Shown: positions 8,368-17,329 of the stretch, piece by piece | Layout of the letters: each line of letters begins with the position of its first letter | Numbering within the stretch: position 1 is the stretch's first letter | NCBI GenBank assembly: GCA_964389535.1 | Contig: CAYMEG010000005.1 | Coordinates: 1-27,257 of the forward strand | Reading direction: 5' to 3' | Length of the DNA: 27,257 bases | From: an uncultured archaeon | GTDB lineage: Archaea; Halobacteriota; Archaeoglobi; Archaeoglobales; Archaeoglobaceae | The notes under the pieces: model-generated | Databases searched by the model: none | Seen by the model: the letters and a program-made list of their open reading frames with translations, nothing else | What the model was told of the DNA's origin: nothing | Program-made: the position numbers and the translations under genes

Positions 8368-11300
8368 TTAACCAAAGAAATCGCTTATCTTTATCTGCTT
8401 TCTCGTATCACTTTCGAATAGCGATCTGATTTCAAGATCAATCAGCATGAGCCTCTGCCTAGTGTAATTCGAAACGTTGTACTTCTCGCAGAGGTACTTA
8501 GATAGCTCAAGGTACTTCGTTATCGAGCTGTTGTGAACTGTCAACGTTAGCTTCCCACCACATTTAAGGCACTTTCCGGCTAAGGGCAACCTTCTATACT
8601 TTGCGTTACAGTTGACGCACCTGAACTCCTGTCTCGAGAATGCCCTCAGATTACCGATTATATCCGGCAGGAAGTGAGACTTTAGCACCCTCTCAGCTAC
8701 GTCGTGCTCGTCAACAGCCACGATCTTCTCTGCGAGGCTCATCTGAGCGTTGACCTTATCTTTCATAGTATCGAGGGACTTATACGCACTTTCCTTAACT
8801 CCCAAAGCAATGCTTTCCGTATCGTGAGTAAAGCCAAGACAGCAAAATCTTAGCTCATCCTCAAGCCTATCTTCAACCCTCTCAATGATCCAAACAAGCT
8901 CCTTTGGATCAGCGTAACGCAGAGTCGCCTTATAGAAATCCAGCGGATACCTTTCAACGATATCCATGTTGTGAACCTCGCTATCTACCTCACGAGGATC
9001 GATTATCGCTGTAAGCACCAAAGGTGCATCCATCTGTCCACCTCTCTTGTCTGGTAGATAGTAACGGGAGAAGTTCAGTAAGCCGTCCAATAGGAGCATG
9101 ACCGAATCCTCATCGCCATCACATTGAGCGGACACTATATAGTCGTTTATTATAACATTGTGATAATGTCGAGCGTTTAAACAGTAAACGAAAGGCTCAG
9201 AAGCTTTCACATATCTGATCTTCCTAACTCTAAGCAACCATCCAAACTCAGTTCTTCTTAAGTCTCTTCTGCGAGTTTTATCTTTATGCAAATCGTAAAT
9301 GCTTTGCTTTCTTTCGATGTTAAAGCCAATCTCTTCAAAAAATCGATCATAGTATTCTCCAGCGATGTTAAACGCGTAAACTGTTGACACCGGGGCATTT
9401 ATACCTCTACGCTTATAGTATCTCAGAGCTATGCTGTTTCCTCTGTTTGCGTTCCTATCTACAGTTAAGTAACCTTTAATTCCAAATTTCATGAGTAAAA
9501 GCTCGATATCTCTAAGTAAAGATAGATTAACGCTGTATACGCTCACTCTTGGTGTAGTCTTCAAAGCTGAGCCATCACCTGTGAAGTATGCGCTCAGCAA
9601 GATCTTAACCTTCTCCTTTGGCAGTTTAAACACGAAGCTCGGAACCCTCTTATCGTGAGCGTTGCTTCCAGTCTTCAGGATTTTTGTGAACAGCAGGTAA
9701 ACCATCCTTGAGCTAATTGTAAGCTTCCACTCTCTTTCATTAATCCCAATACAATCCCCAAAAGCTTCTCTGACAGACTCCTTGATCTCCCTCTTTACGA
9801 TCTCGTCAAAAGTTGAGAAAACTATCTGATAGCAACTCTTACTGCATCTCGCATAACCTTCAGCGAGATAGTAGCCGATAAGCCTGAGCAGAGGTTTTAC
9901 CTTCACGAACCTCCTTACCCATACTTTATCCCTTTTAACAGCCAGATAAACATCTTCGGGAATATCCCCAAGCGTTAAACCCTTTGCGTTCAGAATTTCG
10001 AGCAGATCTTTCAGTGATATCGAATCGTATCTCAGTCCATCGTAATACCTCCTTTTCTCTTCCTTAGTTAAAATTCTCTCCAAGAACCCTTTCGCACCTC
10101 TGATCATCACGATATCGTGCAGATCTTCGAGCTTTGCAAACTCCTTGAGTAGATCTATCTCTTCAACATCACACTCATCAAACTCGACCGTTGGAGAAAG
10201 CATTAGATCCCCCTCTTTAACTTCAAATGCTCTCTTCCTAACGAGCTTCGATCCATCGTATGTCAAAACCCAGTGATCCGGCGTAACGGTGAAACTCTTT
10301 ACGCCTTCAAGCTCAATTTCGATTAGATGCTCCGGAGCTTCTGCCTTAATGACATCGACTACATCGGTCAGAACGACCTTTCCGCTTTCTGGATCAAATG
10401 AATAAACCTTAACGTTCGCCTTAGGCTTATCCCTAACCCAAACACCCTTCTCAAACCTCTCGTTTTCAAACAGCTCATACAAATCCTTCATTGTAATTCT
10501 CTGAACTTCTCCGTCGATATTCACCAAAATTTCTGTATCTCCTGTAAAGCAATTCCTTCTCTTTGCTGCATGGAAGTAGGGATGAGCGTAACCAGCTAAG
10601 ACGTCCGTGAAGCCGATAATCCTTCCCAAAACCCCAGCCGATGTATGAGGAGCTAAACCGATTATCAAATGTCCGATCAAATCCTCCGGCTTCTCTACGT
10701 TGTAGAACGGTTCTAAACCGTAGAACTTGACAAGCAAGTCGTCTATGAATTTCGCAACCTTCACCAAATACTCGACACAGTCTTTAGAAAGTATGACATC
10801 CTGAGGTTTGAGCTCCACTATCTGATCCTCGCTTCTCAGCTCGTTCCCTTGCCAATCGACAGTATAACCAAGTTCTCTGAGCTTTTCAACTGTTACATTG
10901 ATCTCCTTCGGCTTGAAGTGCGTGATCGGTAGATCCGTCATGTCATATCGGATCGTACCATCCTTGAACACGTAAACACCATGCTTAGCTCTCAAAATTC
11001 CTTTCTCAAGCCTTTCGGGCATCTTTATCTTCGAAGTCAATCCGATTACACCCTTTATCGTCTCAAGACTGTCCCATTCGTTTAAATTCTTTAGAGCCTT
11101 CTCATAAAGCTCCCTTATGTTTATCTTCTTCTTTATGTATCCTCTAGCCTCTTCTTTGCATCTGGGGCAAATCTCACTACCGATCTTGATCTTACACCTC
11201 GGACAATAATAAAGTTGCTCTGTCAATCCACCACAATCGCATTTAAGCCAAAATGTCTCCTTTCCACACTCCTTACATCTTCTCAAAGCAACTTCAACCG

Positions 11301-13386
11301 TTATCTCTCCCTTAACAGAGTTGTACGATTCTGTGTAGTTTATCGCGGTCTTTATGTCTCTCTGCTTTCCTCCAGCCAAGCTAACTGGGAATAGGATATG
11401 CGGTGGTGGGCTCATCCTTCTCTCCTTCGACTTCTCTGGCCTACCCATCCTTGCCCCGATGCGGGTAGGAGCCTTAGCTCTGACATCCAAACCAGAAAGC
11501 TTTCTCACGATGTTTAAAACATCCTTCTCGTCACCAACCCCGGCTCTGACTGGCTTCAGTTCATATGTCAAGCCCAAACACCTAACAAGAACCTTCCATC
11601 TATCAAGGACGATCTTTCCTTCCCTAACCTTATGCTCTACGAGCAAATCTTCCAGAATCTTCTTTGCCCTTTCATCGTAATCGATAACCAAGCATGGCTT
11701 TCCTCTTCCTTCGATCTTACCGTGCTCAGCTATGTAATTCCGGAGGTAGAAGTAATCGTCAACGCCTATGTCGTGCCAGAGGTATGTGTGATCTGGATGG
11801 AGAGGAACACCGTATTCGTCGCAGAGCTTTAGGGCTGTATCTTCATCGATCTTCCTGTAATCTCCTTTCGGTATTTTGTCCTTAACCTCCTGAATCCACC
11901 ACTCGTAGACGTAACTTGAAGGCATTAGGGGATGGTTGTTCTCCAAGAAATCTCCGAAGTTTATCAGGATCTCACCCATGTCAAGGATCTTCTCAACCTG
12001 ATCCTTCAAAGCCAGTGCTTCTTGGACTGTGTTTATCTTGACCACATCCCCATTCTTCAGTCTGACTGTAGGCCCTTCTATGCTTGTAACCGGTACAACC
12101 CCTCCAGCCTTGCCCGGTCTTTCGACCTTAAGCTGTGTTCCTATGGCGATGAAGCCATCGGCAATTATCATCGTCGCTGGGTTTATGCCAACCGTGGCAA
12201 ATCCAGAGTTTCTCGCCCTTCCGTAGCGAAGCCTAAAACCTCCTTTGCGTGAGGGATGGCTGAAAACCGGTCTTCCGGCTACGATGTCCGATAGATACTT
12301 ATCTCTCGGCTTTATCTGAGCTTCAAGTTCTTCCGATTCATCCTTGTCTAACTTCTCGGCTATCTCCAGTTCTTCCTCCTCTGATTCAAACTCCTCTTCA
12401 TTTTCCTTAGATTCTTTACCCTTAGCAATGTAAAGACCGCTCGTGTACTTCTCAACCTCTTCAGCCTTTTGCCCATCGAATTCCCTGTTTATCAACTTGT
12501 CAAGCCACTCCCAGCCATCTATGCCCAATTTTTCAACCATCTTCTTAAGCTTCGGAGCCTTCAAAGCGATACCCTCAGCTATAACAAGGCACATTCCACC
12601 CCTAACTCTATTCGTTTCAACTCTCGGCAGATTTCTGTAACCGGAAACTTCTACATCTTCAGTCGGTTCTCCATCTATACAAACTGGGCAGTTTGAAACT
12701 ATCAGCCTTATTTCGGCATCACTCGGTAGATACTGAAGATTCGCCACCCTCTTGTAGAGCGGAATTTCCTCACAGTACCTAAGTACCTCCTCCTCGGTAG
12801 GGATGTAACGGTTTAAGCCAACAAGACGTCTTATGTAATCACCGACGAGCACAGATACGACCTGAGCTGTTCCACCGGCGCTTCTTATTGGGCCAGCGTA
12901 ATAGATCTTGAGGAATTCCGTTCCATCGTGATTCTTATCGATCTTAACTTTAGCAATACCCTCAATAGGCGCGGCAACAACACCTTCGGTAAGAATTGCA
13001 ACGGCTGTTCTTATAGCCTTATCTATTGCCGTGAGTCTGTCGAAGTTACCGAACCTTCCCTTAACTATTTCCTCGGCTATCTTAAAACAGATCTCCTCTC
13101 TGCTTAAACCTTCCTTCTCAAATTCCATTATTCTTTTGGCCAATCCTTCAATTTTCATTAGCTGCTCAACTCTCTCAGCCATGTTCTTTGCAATCGGAAT
13201 CTCAACCTCCGTTGATGGATCAAAGCCTTTAGCTCTTGCCTTTTTAGCAACCTCGTAAGCTTTGTTCAGTTCTTCAAGCAGATGAGTATGATAACTTTTA
13301 ATTTCATCCAACAAGACCTGACATCTCCTATTAGCCTCTTTAGGCTCTTCAAAAAGCTTGGTAAAATCTGTAAGCTTTAGCTGCAT
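8368..13386 (-). CDS. polC: DNA polymerase D large subunit DP2, intein-containing precursor
   Basis: 'YYAGPIRSAGGT', 'RIGARMGRPEK', 'FKDGTIRYDMTD', 'HAAKRRN|...|CDGDED', 'GGQMDAPL' and C-terminal Zn finger CVNC...CLKC. Confidence 0.97.
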   Translation of the reverse strand: MQLKLTDFTKLFEEPKEANRRCQVLLDEIKSYHTHLLEELNKAYEVAKKARAKGFDPSTEVEIPIAKNMAERVEQLMKIEGLAKRIMEFEKEGLSREEICFKIAEEIVKGRFGNFDRLTAIDKAIRTAVAILTEGVVAAPIEGIAKVKIDKNHDGTEFLKIYYAGPIRSAGGTAQVVSVLVGDYIRRLVGLNRYIPTEEEVLRYCEEIPLYKRVANLQYLPSDAEIRLIVSNCPVCIDGEPTEDVEVSGYRNLPRVETNRVRGGMCLVIAEGIALKAPKLKKMVEKLGIDGWEWLDKLINREFDGQKAEEVEKYTSGLYIAKGKESKENEEEFESEEEELEIAEKLDKDESEELEAQIKPRDKYLSDIVAGRPVFSHPSRKGGFRLRYGRARNSGFATVGINPATMIIADGFIAIGTQLKVERPGKAGGVVPVTSIEGPTVRLKNGDVVKINTVQEALALKDQVEKILDMGEILINFGDFLENNHPLMPSSYVYEWWIQEVKDKIPKGDYRKIDEDTALKLCDEYGVPLHPDHTYLWHDIGVDDYFYLRNYIAEHGKIEGRGKPCLVIDYDERAKKILEDLLVEHKVREGKIVLDRWKVLVRCLGLTYELKPVRAGVGDEKDVLNIVRKLSGLDVRAKAPTRIGARMGRPEKSKERRMSPPPHILFPVSLAGGKQRDIKTAINYTESYNSVKGEITVEVALRRCKECGKETFWLKCDCGGLTEQLYYCPRCKIKIGSEICPRCKEEARGYIKKKINIRELYEKALKNLNEWDSLETIKGVIGLTSKIKMPERLEKGILRAKHGVYVFKDGTIRYDMTDLPITHFKPKEINVTVEKLRELGYTVDWQGNELRSEDQIVELKPQDVILSKDCVEYLVKVAKFIDDLLVKFYGLEPFYNVEKPEDLIGHLIIGLAPHTSAGVLGRIIGFTDVLAGYAHPYFHAAKRRNCFTGDTEILVNIDGEVQRITMKDLYELFENERFEKGVWVRDKPKANVKVYSFDPESGKVVLTDVVDVIKAEAPEHLIEIELEGVKSFTVTPDHWVLTYDGSKLVRKRAFEVKEGDLMLSPTVEFDECDVEEIDLLKEFAKLEDLHDIVMIRGAKGFLERILTKEEKRRYYDGLRYDSISLKDLLEILNAKGLTLGDIPEDVYLAVKRDKVWVRRFVKVKPLLRLIGYYLAEGYARCSKSCYQIVFSTFDEIVKREIKESVREAFGDCIGINEREWKLTISSRMVYLLFTKILKTGSNAHDKRVPSFVFKLPKEKVKILLSAYFTGDGSALKTTPRVSVYSVNLSLLRDIELLLMKFGIKGYLTVDRNANRGNSIALRYYKRRGINAPVSTVYAFNIAGEYYDRFFEEIGFNIERKQSIYDLHKDKTRRRDLRRTEFGWLLRVRKIRYVKASEPFVYCLNARHYHNVIINDYIVSAQCDGDEDSVMLLLDGLLNFSRYYLPDKRGGQMDAPLVLTAIIDPREVDSEVHNMDIVERYPLDFYKATLRYADPKELVWIIERVEDRLEDELRFCCLGFTHDTESIALGVKESAYKSLDTMKDKVNAQMSLAEKIVAVDEHDVAERVLKSHFLPDIIGNLRAFSRQEFRCVNCNAKYRRLPLAGKCLKCGGKLTLTVHNSSITKYLELSKYLCEKYNVSNYTRQRLMLIDLEIRSLFESDTRKQIKISDFFG
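9124..10551 (-). mobile_element. Intein with LAGLIDADG homing endonuclease (476 aa) in DP2
   Basis: Inserted in RRN|CDGDED. Block A CFTGDTEILV, block B TVTPDH, endonuclease motifs LIGYYLAEG and LLSAYFTGDGS, block F VYCL, terminus IVSAQ, then extein Cys+1. Confidence 0.95.
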
Positions 13387-13481
13387 CGTATCTATAATTC
13401 ACATGTGAGAAGTTAAACGTTGTCGGTTTTGAAGAAGATATAATTGGCTAAAATATATATTGTGAAAGTGAACCTTATGGC

Positions 13482-14516
13482 ATGAGAACGATATTTTGGG
13501 AGGACGATGCAGTTAAGTTGATCGATCAGACGCTTTTGCCAGATGAATTCAGGGTTATAACGTGCAGGAAGGTTGAGGAGTTGGCAGATGCAATAAAGAG
13601 GCTTGCAGTAAGAGGAGCTCCCGCTTTGGAAGCTGCCGGAGGATACGGAATAGCCTTGGCATGTTTTGAGAGAGACTTTAAGGATGTCGAGGAGATGAAG
13701 GAGTACCTGAGGAGCCGAGCAGAGCTTTTAGCCTCAACCCGCCCAACTGCTGTAAACCTATTTTACGGGATTGAAAGGGTGCTAAAGAAGGCTTTAAGTG
13801 GGAACGACGTTGAAGAGATCAGAAGGCTCGCTTTGGAGGAGGCTGAAAAGATCGCCGGAGAGGACATTCAGAGAAACAAGCTCATGGGTAAGCATGGAGC
13901 TAAGTTGCTTGATGATGGAGATACCGTGCTCACTTACTGCAACACCGGAAGGCTTGCAACCGTTGACTGGGGAACGGCTTTAGGAGTTATAAGGAGTGCA
14001 GTTGAGGAAGGTAAACGAATTAAAGTGATAGCATGTGAAACTCGTCCCCTGAATCAGGGATCGAGACTCACATGCTGGGAGCTCATGCAGGATGGGATAG
14101 ATGTAACGCTCATCACAGACAACATGGTAGGAATGGTCATGCAGAGGGGAATGGTAGACAAGGTAATCGTCGGAGCCGATAGAATTGTTAGAGATGCTGT
14201 ATTTAACAAGATCGGAACTTATACGGTTGCGATAGTTGCAAAGGAGCATGAAGTACCGTTTTACGTTGCCGCCCCGATCACGACCTTTGACTGGAAGAAG
14301 ACCATGGATGAAGTGGTAATAGAAGAGAGGAGCAAAGATGAGCTGATATACTGCCACATGAAGTGCAGAAAAAGTCTGATAGCACCTAAGGACGTGAAGG
14401 TGTTCAACCCTGCATTTGACGCGACACCACTCAAGTACGTTACTGCATTAATCACAGAGAAAGGAGTAATTTACCCGCCTTATGAGGAAAACGTTCCGAA
14501 GATTTTGAAACTATAG
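13482..14516 (+). CDS. mtnA: S-methyl-5-thioribose-1-phosphate isomerase (eIF-2B alpha-like)
   Basis: 'LIDQTLLP', 'VRGAPAL', 'TRPTAVNL', 'LTYCNTGRLATVDWGTALG', 'ETRPLNQGSRLT' and 'NPAFDATP'. Confidence 0.93.
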   Translation: MRTIFWEDDAVKLIDQTLLPDEFRVITCRKVEELADAIKRLAVRGAPALEAAGGYGIALACFERDFKDVEEMKEYLRSRAELLASTRPTAVNLFYGIERVLKKALSGNDVEEIRRLALEEAEKIAGEDIQRNKLMGKHGAKLLDDGDTVLTYCNTGRLATVDWGTALGVIRSAVEEGKRIKVIACETRPLNQGSRLTCWELMQDGIDVTLITDNMVGMVMQRGMVDKVIVGADRIVRDAVFNKIGTYTVAIVAKEHEVPFYVAAPITTFDWKKTMDEVVIEERSKDELIYCHMKCRKSLIAPKDVKVFNPAFDATPLKYVTALITEKGVIYPPYEENVPKILKL

Positions 14517-14567
14517 TTCTAGTTACAGCTCAACTCATTCAACATCATTTACACTCCCGCTTGTAAC

Positions 14568-15077
14568 TCATATTTCATTCAGCTTAAAGAACTCCTCAAT
14601 CTCTTCATCCGTCGGACTTGATGATAAAAGTCTTTCAAACACACTTCTGCTAACTCTAACTTTCGGAAGCTCACCTTCAACAAACTTGTACTCCACTTTT
14701 TCAACATCAAAGGCTGAAATTAGCTCTTTTAACCTATTCAGTCCAGGACAGCCGATGCCATGATCGAAATCCTTACCCAATGGAAAGATTCTACAGCTTC
14801 TTGGTCTTATAGGATGAATCGAGCATTCGTTATCCCTAAAAAACGGGCAAGGCAACTTCACAGGATGTTTAACATCAACATCTCTACTGATCTTTTCTAC
14901 TACTTCATCGATGTTTACATATTTTGAAATCTCATCGATATTTTCCATGTAAAGTTTCCTTTCGATCGGATCAAAAACGACCTTACTCAAAACTCTGCAG
15001 CACTTTCCACATCTCTGGCAGACGAATGGAATCCTAACGATCTCACCGTTCTTTAGTTTCACTTCAGCGAAGATCAT
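14568..15077 (-). CDS. YkgJ family cysteine-cluster (Zn/Fe-S) protein
   Basis: CQRCGKCC ... CPFFRDNECSIHPIRPRSCRIFP ... C. Confidence 0.88.
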   Translation of the reverse strand: MIFAEVKLKNGEIVRIPFVCQRCGKCCRVLSKVVFDPIERKLYMENIDEISKYVNIDEVVEKISRDVDVKHPVKLPCPFFRDNECSIHPIRPRSCRIFPLGKDFDHGIGCPGLNRLKELISAFDVEKVEYKFVEGELPKVRVSRSVFERLLSSSPTDEEIEEFFKLNEI

Positions 15078-16033
15078 TTTCCGTACTTATCTCTGATTTC
15101 CTTGATCGCCTCTATCGCGGAAGCTTTAACTTCTTCCTCATCCTCCTTAAGCAGTTCCTCCAAAAACTTAACGTCCGTTTCATCACCGATACTACCGAGA
15201 AGCATCGCTACATCCTCCCTGATTCTGAAATCTTCATGCTTTAAGTGATTCCTTATAACATCCTTGGCAAGCTTAATTACATCTGGATTCTCCCTGTGAA
15301 TCTGTTCTAAAACAACCATAGCCCCGAATCTAATCATAAAATCTTCATACGCAAGTAGTTCAGCTAAAATCCTTATATCTTTGGGGTTTTTTGCTATGAT
15401 CTCTTTTATCTCGTCCAGCCTTCTTTCATTCAGTAGGGTTACAAAATAATCCTTCTTGTAATCCCCAGATACCCTTTTTAACCATTCCAAAAGTTGATCC
15501 TTGGAGACATAGCCGATTAGTTTAATCTCACCGTTTATCATCGTCGTCGGGGCTGAGGATATATCGTACTTATACATCAGATCGACGAACCTGCTCACAT
15601 CGACTACGATCGATTTTATCTTTGGATTTGCAACGGCGAAGCTGTTTACGATTTCAACTACCTTTGCACAGTACGGACAGACTGGCATCACAAAAACAAC
15701 GATCTCGGCTTCAAAACCCTTAACGTCTTCGATTTCAAACCCGTTGGATAGCTTGATTATCGTCCTTAAAAAAGGTTCAAGCTCATCCCTCAATGGGATG
15801 GCGTTGTAGATTATGTTTTCCTGCTCATCCTTCTTTAAGATCATCGCCGGTTTTGCAATTAGCCCACCCCGATCCTCAACCCTATAGGAAATTCTATCAC
15901 ATAATTTAGATAAGATCTTAGCAAAATTTTCAAAATCCTTCCAGTTTTCGTTTGGAACAACGATTATCTCAACATCTTCACTAAGATCATTAAGGGTATT
16001 CTTAATCTTCTCAATCTCGGCCCGAGTTAGCAT
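15074..16033 (-). CDS. Thioredoxin/protein-disulfide-oxidoreductase-like protein fused to HEAT repeats
   Basis: 'VFVMPVCPYCAKVV' and 'ISSAPTTMING' (Trx fold with cis-Pro). C-terminal 'HEDFRIREDVAMLLGSIGDE...VKASAIEAIKEI' is HEAT/PBS-like. Confidence 0.8.
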   Translation of the reverse strand: MLTRAEIEKIKNTLNDLSEDVEIIVVPNENWKDFENFAKILSKLCDRISYRVEDRGGLIAKPAMILKKDEQENIIYNAIPLRDELEPFLRTIIKLSNGFEIEDVKGFEAEIVVFVMPVCPYCAKVVEIVNSFAVANPKIKSIVVDVSRFVDLMYKYDISSAPTTMINGEIKLIGYVSKDQLLEWLKRVSGDYKKDYFVTLLNERRLDEIKEIIAKNPKDIRILAELLAYEDFMIRFGAMVVLEQIHRENPDVIKLAKDVIRNHLKHEDFRIREDVAMLLGSIGDETDVKFLEELLKEDEEEVKASAIEAIKEIRDKYGK

Positions 16034-16066
16034 CGAATTAAGTTCCCGTAAATAACAATATATACC

Positions 16067-16933
16067 TTATTGATGCTTGCTGTAGAGTTCCTTTCTTCTA
16101 GCTTCAAGTAGATCTTCCCTAATTTTTCCGAATTCTGCCGCGGATTTTATCTTAACTCCGTGTTCCCTGGCTTTCTTAAAAATCTGATCTATCTTGTCTC
16201 TCCACTTCAAATCCCTCGTTAGATGGTGATCCAAGATTAACTCTCCAACGTTTGTCTTTTCAATCAGTCTCGATACATTTTTTATGGACATCTCAAGGTG
16301 TCGCGTTTTAAACACCCTCGGTTGATACGTCATAGGGCCATCCATAAAGACTACATCCGGCTCGGATTCGATGATAAACGCTATCTGCTCTTCATGCGTA
16401 GCTCCCTCAACATCCGACGTATAAACGAAACTCTTTCTTCCATCATCTATGCAGACCTCGAGTACGTAGCCTAATCTACTGTCCGTTCCGTGAAATACCG
16501 GTTTTGAGAATGTAATTTGAACATTCTCAAATTGGAATTTCCTAGAATCTGCAAATTCGATCTTGGGCGGATTCCTTAACTCTTTAAGTTTCTGAAGGAA
16601 GTACGCAGATCTCCCCATCTGACTTTTATTTATGGCACTCTTTGGATGCTTGGTCAGCAGAATTTTGCCAGCTAATATTTCAGGCTCGTTTGGATTGTGG
16701 TGGTCGTAGTGATAGTGCGTTATTACGACGATGTCCGCATCAAGGGTTTCCCGTTTAATTCTCTGCCATAGTTCTTCCTTTCTTTTTATCTCAATTTCAT
16801 GCGGAGGTAAACCGTACCTCTTTGGGCCTAAAGCTACACTTGGATCTATGATGATTTTTAGGTCTTTGATCTCAACTACTGTGCACATACTTCTAGCTCC
16901 GAACGAGTCAAATGCTATCGGCTTGATTTTCAT
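16067..16933 (-). CDS. UPF0282 family metallo-beta-lactamase-fold hydrolase
   Basis: 'IKPIAFDSFGARSMCT', 'IDPSVALGP', 'ITHYHYDHH', 'SDVEG' and 'LDHHLTRD'. Confidence 0.88.
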   Translation of the reverse strand: MKIKPIAFDSFGARSMCTVVEIKDLKIIIDPSVALGPKRYGLPPHEIEIKRKEELWQRIKRETLDADIVVITHYHYDHHNPNEPEILAGKILLTKHPKSAINKSQMGRSAYFLQKLKELRNPPKIEFADSRKFQFENVQITFSKPVFHGTDSRLGYVLEVCIDDGRKSFVYTSDVEGATHEEQIAFIIESEPDVVFMDGPMTYQPRVFKTRHLEMSIKNVSRLIEKTNVGELILDHHLTRDLKWRDKIDQIFKKAREHGVKIKSAAEFGKIREDLLEARRKELYSKHQ

Positions 16934-16985
16934 GGTTTGATTTTTAGTAGAGATTAGAATTAAAAATTAACCTATTGAATCTCTA

Positions 16986-17329
16986 TCACATTTGCATATC
17001 CTTGGAACGACATTTTTTACTTAATGCTGAAGCTTTAGCACTCTTGCCGAGGTAGATAACTGGCTGAATAAAACCATTGTATCCTAAGTTTCGGATAAGA
17101 TTGTAGCACTTCCTTAACTGCTCAAATTTGACGTTTGCATCACTATCGCTCGTACATTCAACCACGCAAACTTTATTTGAAAAAATGAAAATGCAGTCGC
17201 ATCCTCCATCAACACTAAAATATCTATTTGCACATTCGTCAAATCTAATCTTAAGCTTATATCCAGAGGCTTTTATTCCGCAATTTTGTTTTTCAATTTC
17301 TCAATTAGCTTATCAATTTCATTTACCAT
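16986..17329 (-). pseudogene. Frameshifted partner gene of the ATPase; restriction-endonuclease-like (PD-(D/E)xK-like) small protein
   Basis: ATG at 17329 (MVNEIDKLIEKLK). A frameshift in GAAAAACAAAATT opens ...CGIKASGYKLKIRFDECANRYFSVDGGCDCIFIFSNKVCVVECTSDSDANVKFEQLRKC...QPVIYLGK...* (TGA 16988-16986). Absent from the ORF track. Confidence 0.5.

Noticed and set aside
11354-13258. Several + strand ORFs within polC
   Set aside because: Antisense shadow ORFs.
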